Source: Candidatus Diapherotrites archaeon CG10_big_fil_rev_8_21_14_0_10_31_34
GTDB lineage: Archaea > Iainarchaeota > Iainarchaeia > Iainarchaeales > 1-14-0-10-31-34
Length of the DNA stretch: 18,210 bases
Direction of reading: 5' to 3'
Assembly (NCBI GenBank): GCA_002763225.1
Contig: PFAI01000018.1
Location: 1-18,210, forward strand
Shown: positions 1-6,393 of the stretch, one piece after another
Numbering within the stretch: position 1 is the first letter of the stretch
Layout: each line of letters opens with the position of its first letter
Program-made: the position numbers and the translations under genes
Notes under the pieces: generated by a model
Told to the model about the DNA's origin: nothing
Database searches by the model: none
The model's input: the letters and a program-made list of their open reading frames with translations, nothing else

Positions 1-48
1 GAAAAATGATGTTTTCTCCAAGCAAATGGAGCTTACTTCCAACCAGCT
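1..48 (+). ncRNA. Possible 3' end of RNase P RNA (truncated by window edge)
   Basis: GAAAAATG (1-8) fits the CR-IV pattern (A)GNNNNAUG. AGCAAATGGAGCTTA (21-35) resembles CR-V (ACAGAANNNNGCUUA) and is followed by a possible P1 strand and a T run. The match is imperfect, and CTCCA/TGGAG (16-31) could simply be a local hairpin. Confidence 0.35.
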
Positions 49-61
49 TTAGGTTTATGTT

Positions 62-245
62 CAGCTGAAACGTCAGCTGGCACCGTATACGTCGTCCTGC
101 TTTCAGCAGGACATAAATATTACCGCTCTGTCAAAGACAGGGCAACATATTTCGTCACTCGCGAACGAAATCGAGAAGGAGAAACAATTACAGCAGGACT
201 GAGCAAAGCGAAGTCGTGCACCGTTACACCCGCACGGAAGCGGGT
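62..245. repeat. Cluster of six short GC-rich hairpins
   Basis: Stems at 62-68/73-79, 94-101/105-112, 125-132/136-143 (one G-T), 149-155/165-171, 193-200/212-219 (one mismatch) and 228-233/240-245. Confidence 0.8.
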
Positions 246-250
246 AAGAA

Positions 251-350
251 TAGCCCCGAGGAGATTCGAACTCCTGTCACCGGATTGCTCTAAATTTTTT
301 TTAAAAAGTTTTTCAGAGTCCGGAATCCTTGGCCACTAGACTACGGGGCT
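251..350 (-). tRNA. trnQ: tRNA-Gln(CUG) with 27-nt intron at canonical position 37/38 (intron 312..286)
   Basis: Minus strand reads AGCCCCGTAGTCTAGTGGCCAAGGATTCCGGACT-CTG-A[intron]ATCCGGTGACAGGAGTTCGAATCTCCTCGGGGCTA. It has the A1-U72 pair typical of archaeal tRNA-Gln, anticodon stem CCGGA/TCCGG and T-loop TTCGAAT. The bulge-helix-bulge has a CTCT/AGAG helix with GA|A and CA|A bulges. No CCA is encoded. Confidence 0.96.
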
Positions 351-366
351 AGAACCGTAGTCTAAA

Positions 367-433
367 TTTTGTTAAACCTTTTTTTAAAAGGTTCTGCCAA
401 AGGCAGTTTTGATAAACCTTTTTTTAAAAGGTT
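367..433 (+). repeat. Two REP-like palindromic units separated by a small GC hairpin
   Basis: TTTTGTTAAACCTTTTTTTAAAAGGTT (367-393) and TTTTGATAAACCTTTTTTTAAAAGGTT (407-433), with spacer CTGCC-AAA-GGCAG. The same family occurs at 17609-17715. Confidence 0.85.
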
Positions 434-490
434 TCTAGGCTACGGAGCTAACAAGAATATAAATAGTAAAAAAAACTATTAAATACTAAT

Positions 491-579
491 GAGCTATCGA
501 ACAAAGTGAGATAGCTCGACGTATTCTAGTTCAGCTGGGCTTTAGGCCCTGCATTGTGGTAGCCGAGCGAAATCAGCTA
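491..579. repeat. Cluster of three GC-rich hairpins downstream of uppS
   Basis: GAGCTATC-GAACAAAGTGA-GATAGCTC (491-517), GCTGGGC-TTTAG-GCCCTGC (534-552) and TAGCCGA-GCGAAA-TCAGCTA (560-579). The last includes the uppS stop codon. Confidence 0.7.
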
Positions 580-1269
580 TTTGCCGAATCTTCTTTGCCT
601 GTCATCGTATTCTGAAACTGCTTCACTTAAATCTTGTTCAGAGAACTCAGGCCAAAATTTTTTAGTAAAATAAAACTCTGAGTAAGAGCTTTGATAAGTT
701 AAAAAGCCTGAAAGTCTTTGGGTTCCGGAAGTTCTGATAATTAAATCAGGGTCAGCGAAATCAGAATACAAATATTTTTTAAAGGATTTTTCATTCAATG
801 AATCCAAATCCAATCCATTTTGGTAGCCTAAAGCAATTTTTTTTGCGGCATCAACTATTTCTGCCTGACCATCATAACCCAAAGCTAAATTAATTGTTTT
901 TCCTTTATTGTTTTCAGTTGTTTCTTGTGCTTTAAAAATCTTTTTTTTGATGTTAGCTGGGAACTCTTCAACTCTTCCAATGAATTTCAGTTTTAAATCA
1001 TTAACTAAAAAGTAATCTAAATTGATTACTTTATCTAATTCTTTTTCAAAAATAGAAAACAAAATTTTTAGTTCAGTTTTGTTTCTTGTTAAGTTTTCAA
1101 GTGACAGAGTGTAAAAGGTTCCAACCTTGATTTTAGGGTAGTCTTTAAGCATTTCAATGACATCCCATGCTTTTTGTGTTCCAATCTGATAAGACTGAAA
1201 TAAAGGGATGCCTTTAGATAAAGCATATCTTCTGTTTCCATCAGGAATAAAAGCAACCGAGTTTAACAT
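577..1269 (-). CDS. uppS: cis-prenyltransferase (polyprenyl/undecaprenyl diphosphate synthase)
   Basis: Motifs FIPDGNRR, YTLSLEN, NLALGYDG, DPDLIIRTSGTQRLSGFL and C-terminal RRFGK. SD-like GGAG upstream of the ATG. Confidence 0.97.
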   Translation of the reverse strand: MLNSVAFIPDGNRRYALSKGIPLFQSYQIGTQKAWDVIEMLKDYPKIKVGTFYTLSLENLTRNKTELKILFSIFEKELDKVINLDYFLVNDLKLKFIGRVEEFPANIKKKIFKAQETTENNKGKTINLALGYDGQAEIVDAAKKIALGYQNGLDLDSLNEKSFKKYLYSDFADPDLIIRTSGTQRLSGFLTYQSSYSEFYFTKKFWPEFSEQDLSEAVSEYDDRQRRFGK

Positions 1270-1397
1270 TAAATCTCCTTTTAAAAAAGCTAATTTGATT
1301 AATTATTTCATGTAAAAAACATTTTAAATGAATATTATAGAGTTTTACAAAATTTAAACCTATCTCTTTATATTAGAGAAAAAACAAATATAAAGAT

Positions 1398-1619
1398 GTG
1401 AAAGAATTAGATGAAATAGACGAGAAAAAAGCCAAAAAAATGGTTGAAAAACTTGAAGGAGTAATGGTTTCCAGAAAAGAAATGCATAAACTAAAACAAA
1501 ACGCTTTAAAATTAAAAGAAATGCCAATGAAAGGAAAAATTTTCACTCAATCAGAAAAAATAAAACATGGAATAGAAGAAATTAAAGTCCCTAATTTAGA
1601 AGCATTAGAAGATGACTGA
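1398..1619 (+). CDS. Small Lys/Glu-rich hypothetical protein
   Basis: 73-aa ORF with a GTG start about 25-30 nt after TTTATA. It ends 5 nt before the DUF192 gene. The start is uncertain (alternative ATG at 1440). Confidence 0.65.
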   Translation: MKELDEIDEKKAKKMVEKLEGVMVSRKEMHKLKQNALKLKEMPMKGKIFTQSEKIKHGIEEIKVPNLEALEDD

Positions 1620-1624
1620 TTTAA

Positions 1625-1972
1625 ATGTTATTCAATAAAACTAAAAGAATAAAAGTAATTGAAAAAACAAGAATAGCTGATACTTTTTTTAAAAGATTTA
1701 AAGGATTAATGTTTTCATCCAAACCAGATTATGCACTGATTTTTGAATTAGAAAAAGAAGGAAAAATAAACTCAAGCATTCACATGCTGTTTGTTTTTTA
1801 TCCAATTGAGGTGGTTTACTTGAACAAAGAAAAAAAAGTTGTTGACATCAAACTGAATTTAAAACCTTGGGCATTAAATTACACTCCAAAAAAGCCGGCA
1901 AAATATTTTATTGAATTTTTAGCAGGAACAGTTGGAAACAAAATTGGATTGAATGATGAATTAGAATGGTAA
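1625..1972 (+). CDS. DUF192 family protein
   Basis: Motifs ADTFFKRFKGLMF, IHMLFVFYPIEVVYLN and AKYFIEF, in a 115-aa protein. Confidence 0.9.
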   Translation: MLFNKTKRIKVIEKTRIADTFFKRFKGLMFSSKPDYALIFELEKEGKINSSIHMLFVFYPIEVVYLNKEKKVVDIKLNLKPWALNYTPKKPAKYFIEFLAGTVGNKIGLNDELEW

Positions 1973-2002
1973 CTCTTTCTCTAAAAAAATTAAATGAGTT
2001 TT

Positions 2003-2036
2003 AAAAAAGAGAAGAGGAAAGTTTAGAACTTTCCTC
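2003..2036 (-). terminator. Perfect 10-bp hairpin followed on the minus strand by a pyrimidine/T tract
   Basis: GAGGAAAGTT-(3 nt)-AACTTTCCTC at 2014-2036, then TTCTCTTTTTT on the minus strand. It lies between convergent transcription units. Confidence 0.6.
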
Positions 2037-2087
2037 CTTTGCCTTTTGTTGTCTTCCTTTGCAGAATCCGGGGTGATATACCCGACT
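2003..2087 (-). ncRNA. Candidate ~85-nt small RNA
   Basis: Own BRE/TATA-like element (2120-2105), 5' hairpin GGGT-ATATC-ACCC, purine-rich core and 3' hairpin plus T tract. The predicted transcript contains no ATG. Confidence 0.4.
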
Positions 2088-2104
2088 TAAAATAATGCTT
2101 TTTC

Positions 2105-2120
2105 CTTTAATAACTTTTCG
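2105..2120 (-). promoter_or_regulatory. BRE + TATA-like promoter
   Basis: CGAAAAG-TTATTAAAG, which resembles GAAAAAG-TTTAAATA (2596-2610, +) and GAAAAG-TTTATTAA (~6888-6875, -) found ahead of other genes. Confidence 0.55.
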
Positions 2121-2167
2121 TTGTTTGGGAATCAAACAAAAACAGGAAAAAAAATTAGTAATCCTTA

Positions 2168-2554
2168 TTATGCTTCTGGTTTTGGGTCAAGCAAAGCAAA
2201 AGAACCTGTAAGGAAATTCCAAACCATAATAAACCATAAAGCAAAAATTATAATGTAAAAGAAAGGATTGCCTAAATCCAAAAACAAAAGTAATGAAATA
2301 AAACCAATTAACATCCATCTGGAAGCAAAAAACTGCAGTCTCAACAATAAAAGCCAGACAAAAATTAAAGCCATTGAAACATAAAAATTAGGAATAAAAA
2401 AGACTATTAAAAGAAAACCACAAATTAAAACTATAAAATAAGGTTTTTTTTCAGTTGGAGATAAAACTAAAGCCAGAAATATGGCTATCCAGAAAAGCAT
2501 CCAAAGCCAGAAATTAAACTGCTCCAAAAAATTAAGAAAGAATTCTGCAGCCAT
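2168..2554 (-). CDS. Hypothetical multi-pass membrane protein (128 aa), paralog of 5986-6365
   Basis: Highly hydrophobic. Start set at MAAE (2554), about 25 nt after a TATA-like TTTATA, so probably leaderless. Shares the NPFFYII motif with its paralog. Confidence 0.8.
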   Translation of the reverse strand: MAAEFFLNFLEQFNFWLWMLFWIAIFLALVLSPTEKKPYFIVLICGFLLIVFFIPNFYVSMALIFVWLLLLRLQFFASRWMLIGFISLLLFLDLGNPFFYIIIFALWFIMVWNFLTGSFALLDPKPEA

Positions 2555-2595
2555 AAAAAAATAATACAAAAAAGAGTATAAAAATGCTACATAAT

Positions 2596-2610
2596 GAAAA
2601 AGTTTAAATA
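2596..2610 (+). promoter_or_regulatory. BRE + TATA promoter of the ATPase operon
   Basis: GAAAAAG-TTTAAATA matches the archaeal consensus and lies upstream of 2670. Confidence 0.55.
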
Positions 2611-2669
2611 CCTTAAAAAATCTTTTTTACGGGATTTAACGAACTAAAAAGGTTTTAATTTCTTCAGTT

Positions 2670-4106
2670 TTGGGTTCTTTAATGAACAAGGAAATAGAAG
2701 AAAAAATAGGGTTTACATTAAAAGCGTTTCCTGAAAACAAGAAAAGAAAATTAATTGAAAAAAGAGATGAAACAGAACTAATAGAAGATTTTGACGGAGA
2801 ATTGTTTTATTTGATTACCGGAATTCCAGAGCTTTCTTTGGATGAAGCAGAAACAACAAAAAAAATAATTGAAGAAATACAAAAACAGGAAAAAATAAAT
2901 AAAGAAGAAATACAGAAATTCATTAAATTTTATTGTGAAAGAGAATGGATTAAACTGGAAGAAAAACAAAATTATTTTATTAAAAAAGTAATTGAGTCAA
3001 TTGTTTTTGGTTTTGGGGCAATGGATTTTCTGTTAAAAGATAATTCAATTGAAGAAATAAGCGTTATTGGAAAAGGAAAAAACGTTTTTGTATTCAAAAA
3101 AAATTTTGGCTGGATTAAAACTAATTTATTTTATTTAATTGAAGAAAATATAGTTAATTTAGCAAACAAAATGTCTCGAACAATTGGAAGAAGAATTACT
3201 TTGCAGAACCCAAAGCTTAATTCAGTTCTGCCAAACGGAGAAAGAATTAATGCAATAACTGAACCTGTTTCATTGACTCCAACTATCACCATAAGAAAAT
3301 TTAATGAAACTCCTTTTACTCCAATTGAATTAATTGAAAACAAAACCTTTAACTCAAAATTAATGGCTTTTTTATGGCTGGCATTACAGACAGACACCAG
3401 CATTGTTATTGCAGGAAACACAGGAAGTGGAAAAACAACTTCAATGAATGCATTGTTTTCTTTTGTAGATAAAAAAGAAAGAATTATTGTAACAGAAGAA
3501 ACACCTGAAATTTCTTTGCCTCAAGAGCATGTAATAAAATTAAATACAGCAGAAAATCTTGGAATAGAAATGCAGGAACTAATAATAAACACTTTGAGAA
3601 TGCGTCCTGACAGGATTATTGTAGGAGAAATAAGAGAAAAAAAAGAAGCAAAAGCATTTATTGACACTTTGCTTGCAGGACAAGGAAAAGGTTCTTATGC
3701 TACGTTTCACGCATTAAGCGGAAAAGAATTTATTACCAGAATGAAAAATTTAGGGTTAATGGAAATGGATTTGAGTTCAATTGACTTGGTTTTAGTCCAA
3801 AAAAGATGGAATTCAATTAATCTGGAAAAAGGAATCAAAAGAGAAGAAAGGCATGTAATTGAAGTAAGCGAAATAATGAATAAAGAAGGAAAAGCAGAAT
3901 TAAACATTTTATTTGAATTTGATTTCACAAAGAAAAAACTGAATAAAAAAAATGACAGCATCAGAATAAAAAACAAAATAAAACAGTGTTTTGGCTTCAA
4001 CGAAAAAGAATTAGAAAAAGAACTCAAAAAAAGAGAAAAATTTCTTGAAAAAATGAAAGGAAAAAACATTTCGCTAAAAGAATTCCATGAAAAAACAAGT
4101 GAATAA
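2670..4106 (+). CDS. tadA: Type II/IV secretion / pilus assembly ATPase (CpaF/TadA/VirB11 family)
   Basis: Walker A GNTGSGKT, Asp box TEETPE, Walker B LRMRPDRIIVGEIR and His box ATFHA. Start is TTG 2670 or ATG 2682. Confidence 0.93.
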   Translation: MGSLMNKEIEEKIGFTLKAFPENKKRKLIEKRDETELIEDFDGELFYLITGIPELSLDEAETTKKIIEEIQKQEKINKEEIQKFIKFYCEREWIKLEEKQNYFIKKVIESIVFGFGAMDFLLKDNSIEEISVIGKGKNVFVFKKNFGWIKTNLFYLIEENIVNLANKMSRTIGRRITLQNPKLNSVLPNGERINAITEPVSLTPTITIRKFNETPFTPIELIENKTFNSKLMAFLWLALQTDTSIVIAGNTGSGKTTSMNALFSFVDKKERIIVTEETPEISLPQEHVIKLNTAENLGIEMQELIINTLRMRPDRIIVGEIREKKEAKAFIDTLLAGQGKGSYATFHALSGKEFITRMKNLGLMEMDLSSIDLVLVQKRWNSINLEKGIKREERHVIEVSEIMNKEGKAELNILFEFDFTKKKLNKKNDSIRIKNKIKQCFGFNEKELEKELKKREKFLEKMKGKNISLKEFHEKTSE

Positions 4107-4149
4107 AATGAAAGAAATAAAAAAAATAAAGAAAAACAGAAAAAAAAGA

Positions 4150-4232
4150 GAAAAAATTCAACTGAAAAAAAAATAAAAAGAAGGAAACAACAAAAGGAAA
4201 AAATTCAATTAAAAAAAACAAAAAGAAGGAAA
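4150..4232 (+). repeat. Imperfect tandem duplication containing an A9 tract upstream of the first platform gene
   Basis: GAAAAAATTCAACTG-A9-TAAAAAGAAGGAAA (4150-4187) versus GAAAAAATTCAATTAAAAAAAACAAAAAGAAGGAAA (4197-4232). Confidence 0.7.
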
Positions 4233-4235
4233 AAA

Positions 4236-5021
4236 ATGAAAGAAATAATTTTAGTTAAAGAAAAAGAACTCAAAAAAGCAGGAATTTTTTTAGAAGAAAA
4301 AGATTTCACTGAAAAAGCATTTAAATACTCTTTAATTCTCGCCTCGGTTTCAATCATTTGTTTTTTTGCTTTTACAAAATTAACTACTGCAGTTTTGTCA
4401 GGAATTTTGGTGTTTGCTTTAGGAATTTTTATTGCAATCAGAATTCCTTTAATTTTAAAGAAAAAAAAAGCAAAAAAAATAGAAAAATATCTGCCTTTTG
4501 CTTTAATGGCAATGTCAGTTGAATTAAACATTAACCTGAGTTTTGAAAAAATTCTTTCAAACCTTTCTGAAGATTACGGAGAATTTTCTTTTGAAATAAA
4601 AAAAGCATTAAAAGAAATTAAAGCAGGAGCAACAATTCAAAAAGCATTATTTAATTTAAGCGAAAGAACTGACTCAAAAATTTTAAAGAGAAGCATTTCA
4701 CAGATTACAAGCATTTACGAGCATGGTTCAGAACAAAAAGGCGAACCAATAAAACAACTGGCAAAAGAACTGCTTTCAAGACAAAAAACTGAATCAAAAG
4801 AATTCACTTCAAAAATGATAATGTATTCAGTTGTGTTTATTGTTTTGTCTGCAATAATTCCTGCAATGTTTCAGGCATTTATTTCAATCGGAAGCACTTT
4901 TATGGAAATGGATTTTACTTCAATTCAGGTTCTGCTTATTATAACAGTTTTTTTTCCATTGCTTAATTTAGCAGTATTGTTTTTGATTAAAAGCAAAACC
5001 CCGGAATTTTTAAAAGGATGA
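4236..5021 (+). CDS. Type II secretion system F family (TadB/TadC-like) membrane platform protein
   Basis: Two N-terminal TM helices, an IEKYLPFAL...YGEFSFE...GATIQKAL core and two C-terminal TM helices. Directly follows the ATPase. Confidence 0.9.
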   Translation: MKEIILVKEKELKKAGIFLEEKDFTEKAFKYSLILASVSIICFFAFTKLTTAVLSGILVFALGIFIAIRIPLILKKKKAKKIEKYLPFALMAMSVELNINLSFEKILSNLSEDYGEFSFEIKKALKEIKAGATIQKALFNLSERTDSKILKRSISQITSIYEHGSEQKGEPIKQLAKELLSRQKTESKEFTSKMIMYSVVFIVLSAIIPAMFQAFISIGSTFMEMDFTSIQVLLIITVFFPLLNLAVLFLIKSKTPEFLKG

Positions 5022-5066
5022 AATGAATTTTTAAAACCATAAAATAAATTTTTAAAGGATGAAAAA

Positions 5067-5984
5067 ATGAAAATTAAATTAGATTTTTCTTTTCCAAAAG
5101 AAAAAATAACTGAATTTAATCATGTTTTAAAAGAAAACAATTCAGCTAAAACATTTGAAGAACTGATTAAATGGTATTCTGCTTTAGGCTTTTCTCTGGC
5201 ATTGCTTTCAGTAGGAATTTCATGTGTTTTTGAATTAAATGAAATTTATTCAGTTCTTTTATTTGTTTTTTGTCTGGGTTCTCCGGGATTATTTCATTAT
5301 TTTTTTCATTTATTTTTGTTTGAAAAAAACAAGAGAGAAAAAGAAAAATTAATTCCTGATATTTTGCTTCAGGCAAGCATTTTTCCTAAAGGAACTTCAA
5401 TGATTAAAATAATCAAATATATTTCTACAGCAGAATATGGTTTGGTTTCAACAGAATTTAAAAAAGCATTAAATGAAATAGAAAAAGGAAAAACAGTTGA
5501 AGAATCATTAAAAGAAATTTCTTTCAGATGCAAAAGCGAAATAATTTCAAGGGCAATAAACCTGTTAATTCAGGGAAATAAGTCCGGCGCAGAAATGAAT
5601 AAAGTGTTTAAAGAATCAGCTGAAGATATTCTTGAAACCCAATCAATAATAAAAGAAAGAATTGCCTCTGTTTTAATTCAAAAATATACTTTGATTTTAG
5701 CCGGAGGGATAATTGTTCCTTTATTACTTGGATTAATTACTGGTTTTGTTCAGGAAATGAATTTTATAGGGATAGATGAACTGGGTTTAGGGATGAATTC
5801 AATTGAAAGAAATGAAATGATTTCTGCTTCACTTTTAGCAAACCAGATTTATATTTTAGAGTATGCATTAATTTCTTCTTTGTTTATTGCAAACCAGGAA
5901 GGCAACACAAAAAAAGCTTTAGTTTATGCCTTGATTTTAATTCCTTTGGGGATTTTTTGTTATAACATTGCATTGCTTTTGTAA
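5067..5984 (+). CDS. Second type II secretion system F family (TadB/TadC-like) protein
   Basis: EKLIPDILLQAS...YGLVSTEF...GKTVEESL...SGAEM core with flanking TM helices. Paralogous to the preceding gene. Confidence 0.9.
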   Translation: MKIKLDFSFPKEKITEFNHVLKENNSAKTFEELIKWYSALGFSLALLSVGISCVFELNEIYSVLLFVFCLGSPGLFHYFFHLFLFEKNKREKEKLIPDILLQASIFPKGTSMIKIIKYISTAEYGLVSTEFKKALNEIEKGKTVEESLKEISFRCKSEIISRAINLLIQGNKSGAEMNKVFKESAEDILETQSIIKERIASVLIQKYTLILAGGIIVPLLLGLITGFVQEMNFIGIDELGLGMNSIERNEMISASLLANQIYILEYALISSLFIANQEGNTKKALVYALILIPLGIFCYNIALLL

Positions 5985-5985
5985 T

Positions 5986-6365
5986 TCACCAGTTTACTTT
6001 GACTTTTTTAAATGTTCCTAAAATGAAATTCAACAAAGTTAAAGCATACAAAACAAAACTTATAATATAAAAAAATGGATTAGAAAGTCCTAAAATGATA
6101 AGAATAACATATAATGCAAAAAGAATTTCTTTTGAAACAAAATATTTTGTTTCCATAAACAGAAACCATAAAGTCATGACTGTTGTTGAAACAAAAAAAT
6201 TTTTAATATAAATTAAATAGCCAAATACCCTATTACAACAATAACCAAATTAATTTTTGCATTTTTGTTTCCAGTAAAAAAGTTTATTGCCACACAAACC
6301 CAAATCAGAACAGTAATCAATAACTGGTATAAATCCAGTCCTGCAATAAAAGTTTCTGCTGCCAT
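5986..6365 (-). pseudogene. Frameshifted membrane protein gene (~126 aa if repaired), paralog of 2168-2554
   Basis: The ATG 6365 frame (MAAETFIAGLD...VIVVIG) stops at 6215-6213. Adding one base near the GGG at 6230-6228 joins it to VFGYLIYIKNFFVS...NPFFYII...VNW* ending at 5986. This may be a sequencing indel. Confidence 0.75.
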
Positions 6366-6393
6366 GAAAAGAAAACGCGTTTAATAATAAATC

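Noticed and set aside
367..433. Mini CRISPR array (also considered for 17609-17715)
   Set aside because: There are only 2-3 units per site, the spacers are 1-23 nt and are themselves hairpins, the repeats vary with covariation, and no cas genes are present.
435..449. Alternative first exon of a split or second-intron tRNA
   Set aside because: The tRNA at 251-350 is already complete. The copy would introduce a D-stem mismatch, and I see no BHB motif at its boundary.
2014..2023. GAGGAAAGT as RNase P RNA CR-I
   Set aside because: It is one arm of a perfect local hairpin, and there is no room or downstream conserved region for an RNase P RNA.
2778..5376. Minus-strand ORFs 2778-2969, 3131-3421, 3707-4069, 4024-4221, 4205-4531 and 5167-5376
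   Set aside because: These are antisense shadows of well-supported genes. Their Phe/Ser/Leu richness mirrors the A-rich coding strand.
2670..5984. Archaellum motor (flaI/flaJ) or conjugative VirB11 system
   Set aside because: There are two separate short platform genes, and no flaH, archaellin, VirB4 or relaxase is visible in the window.
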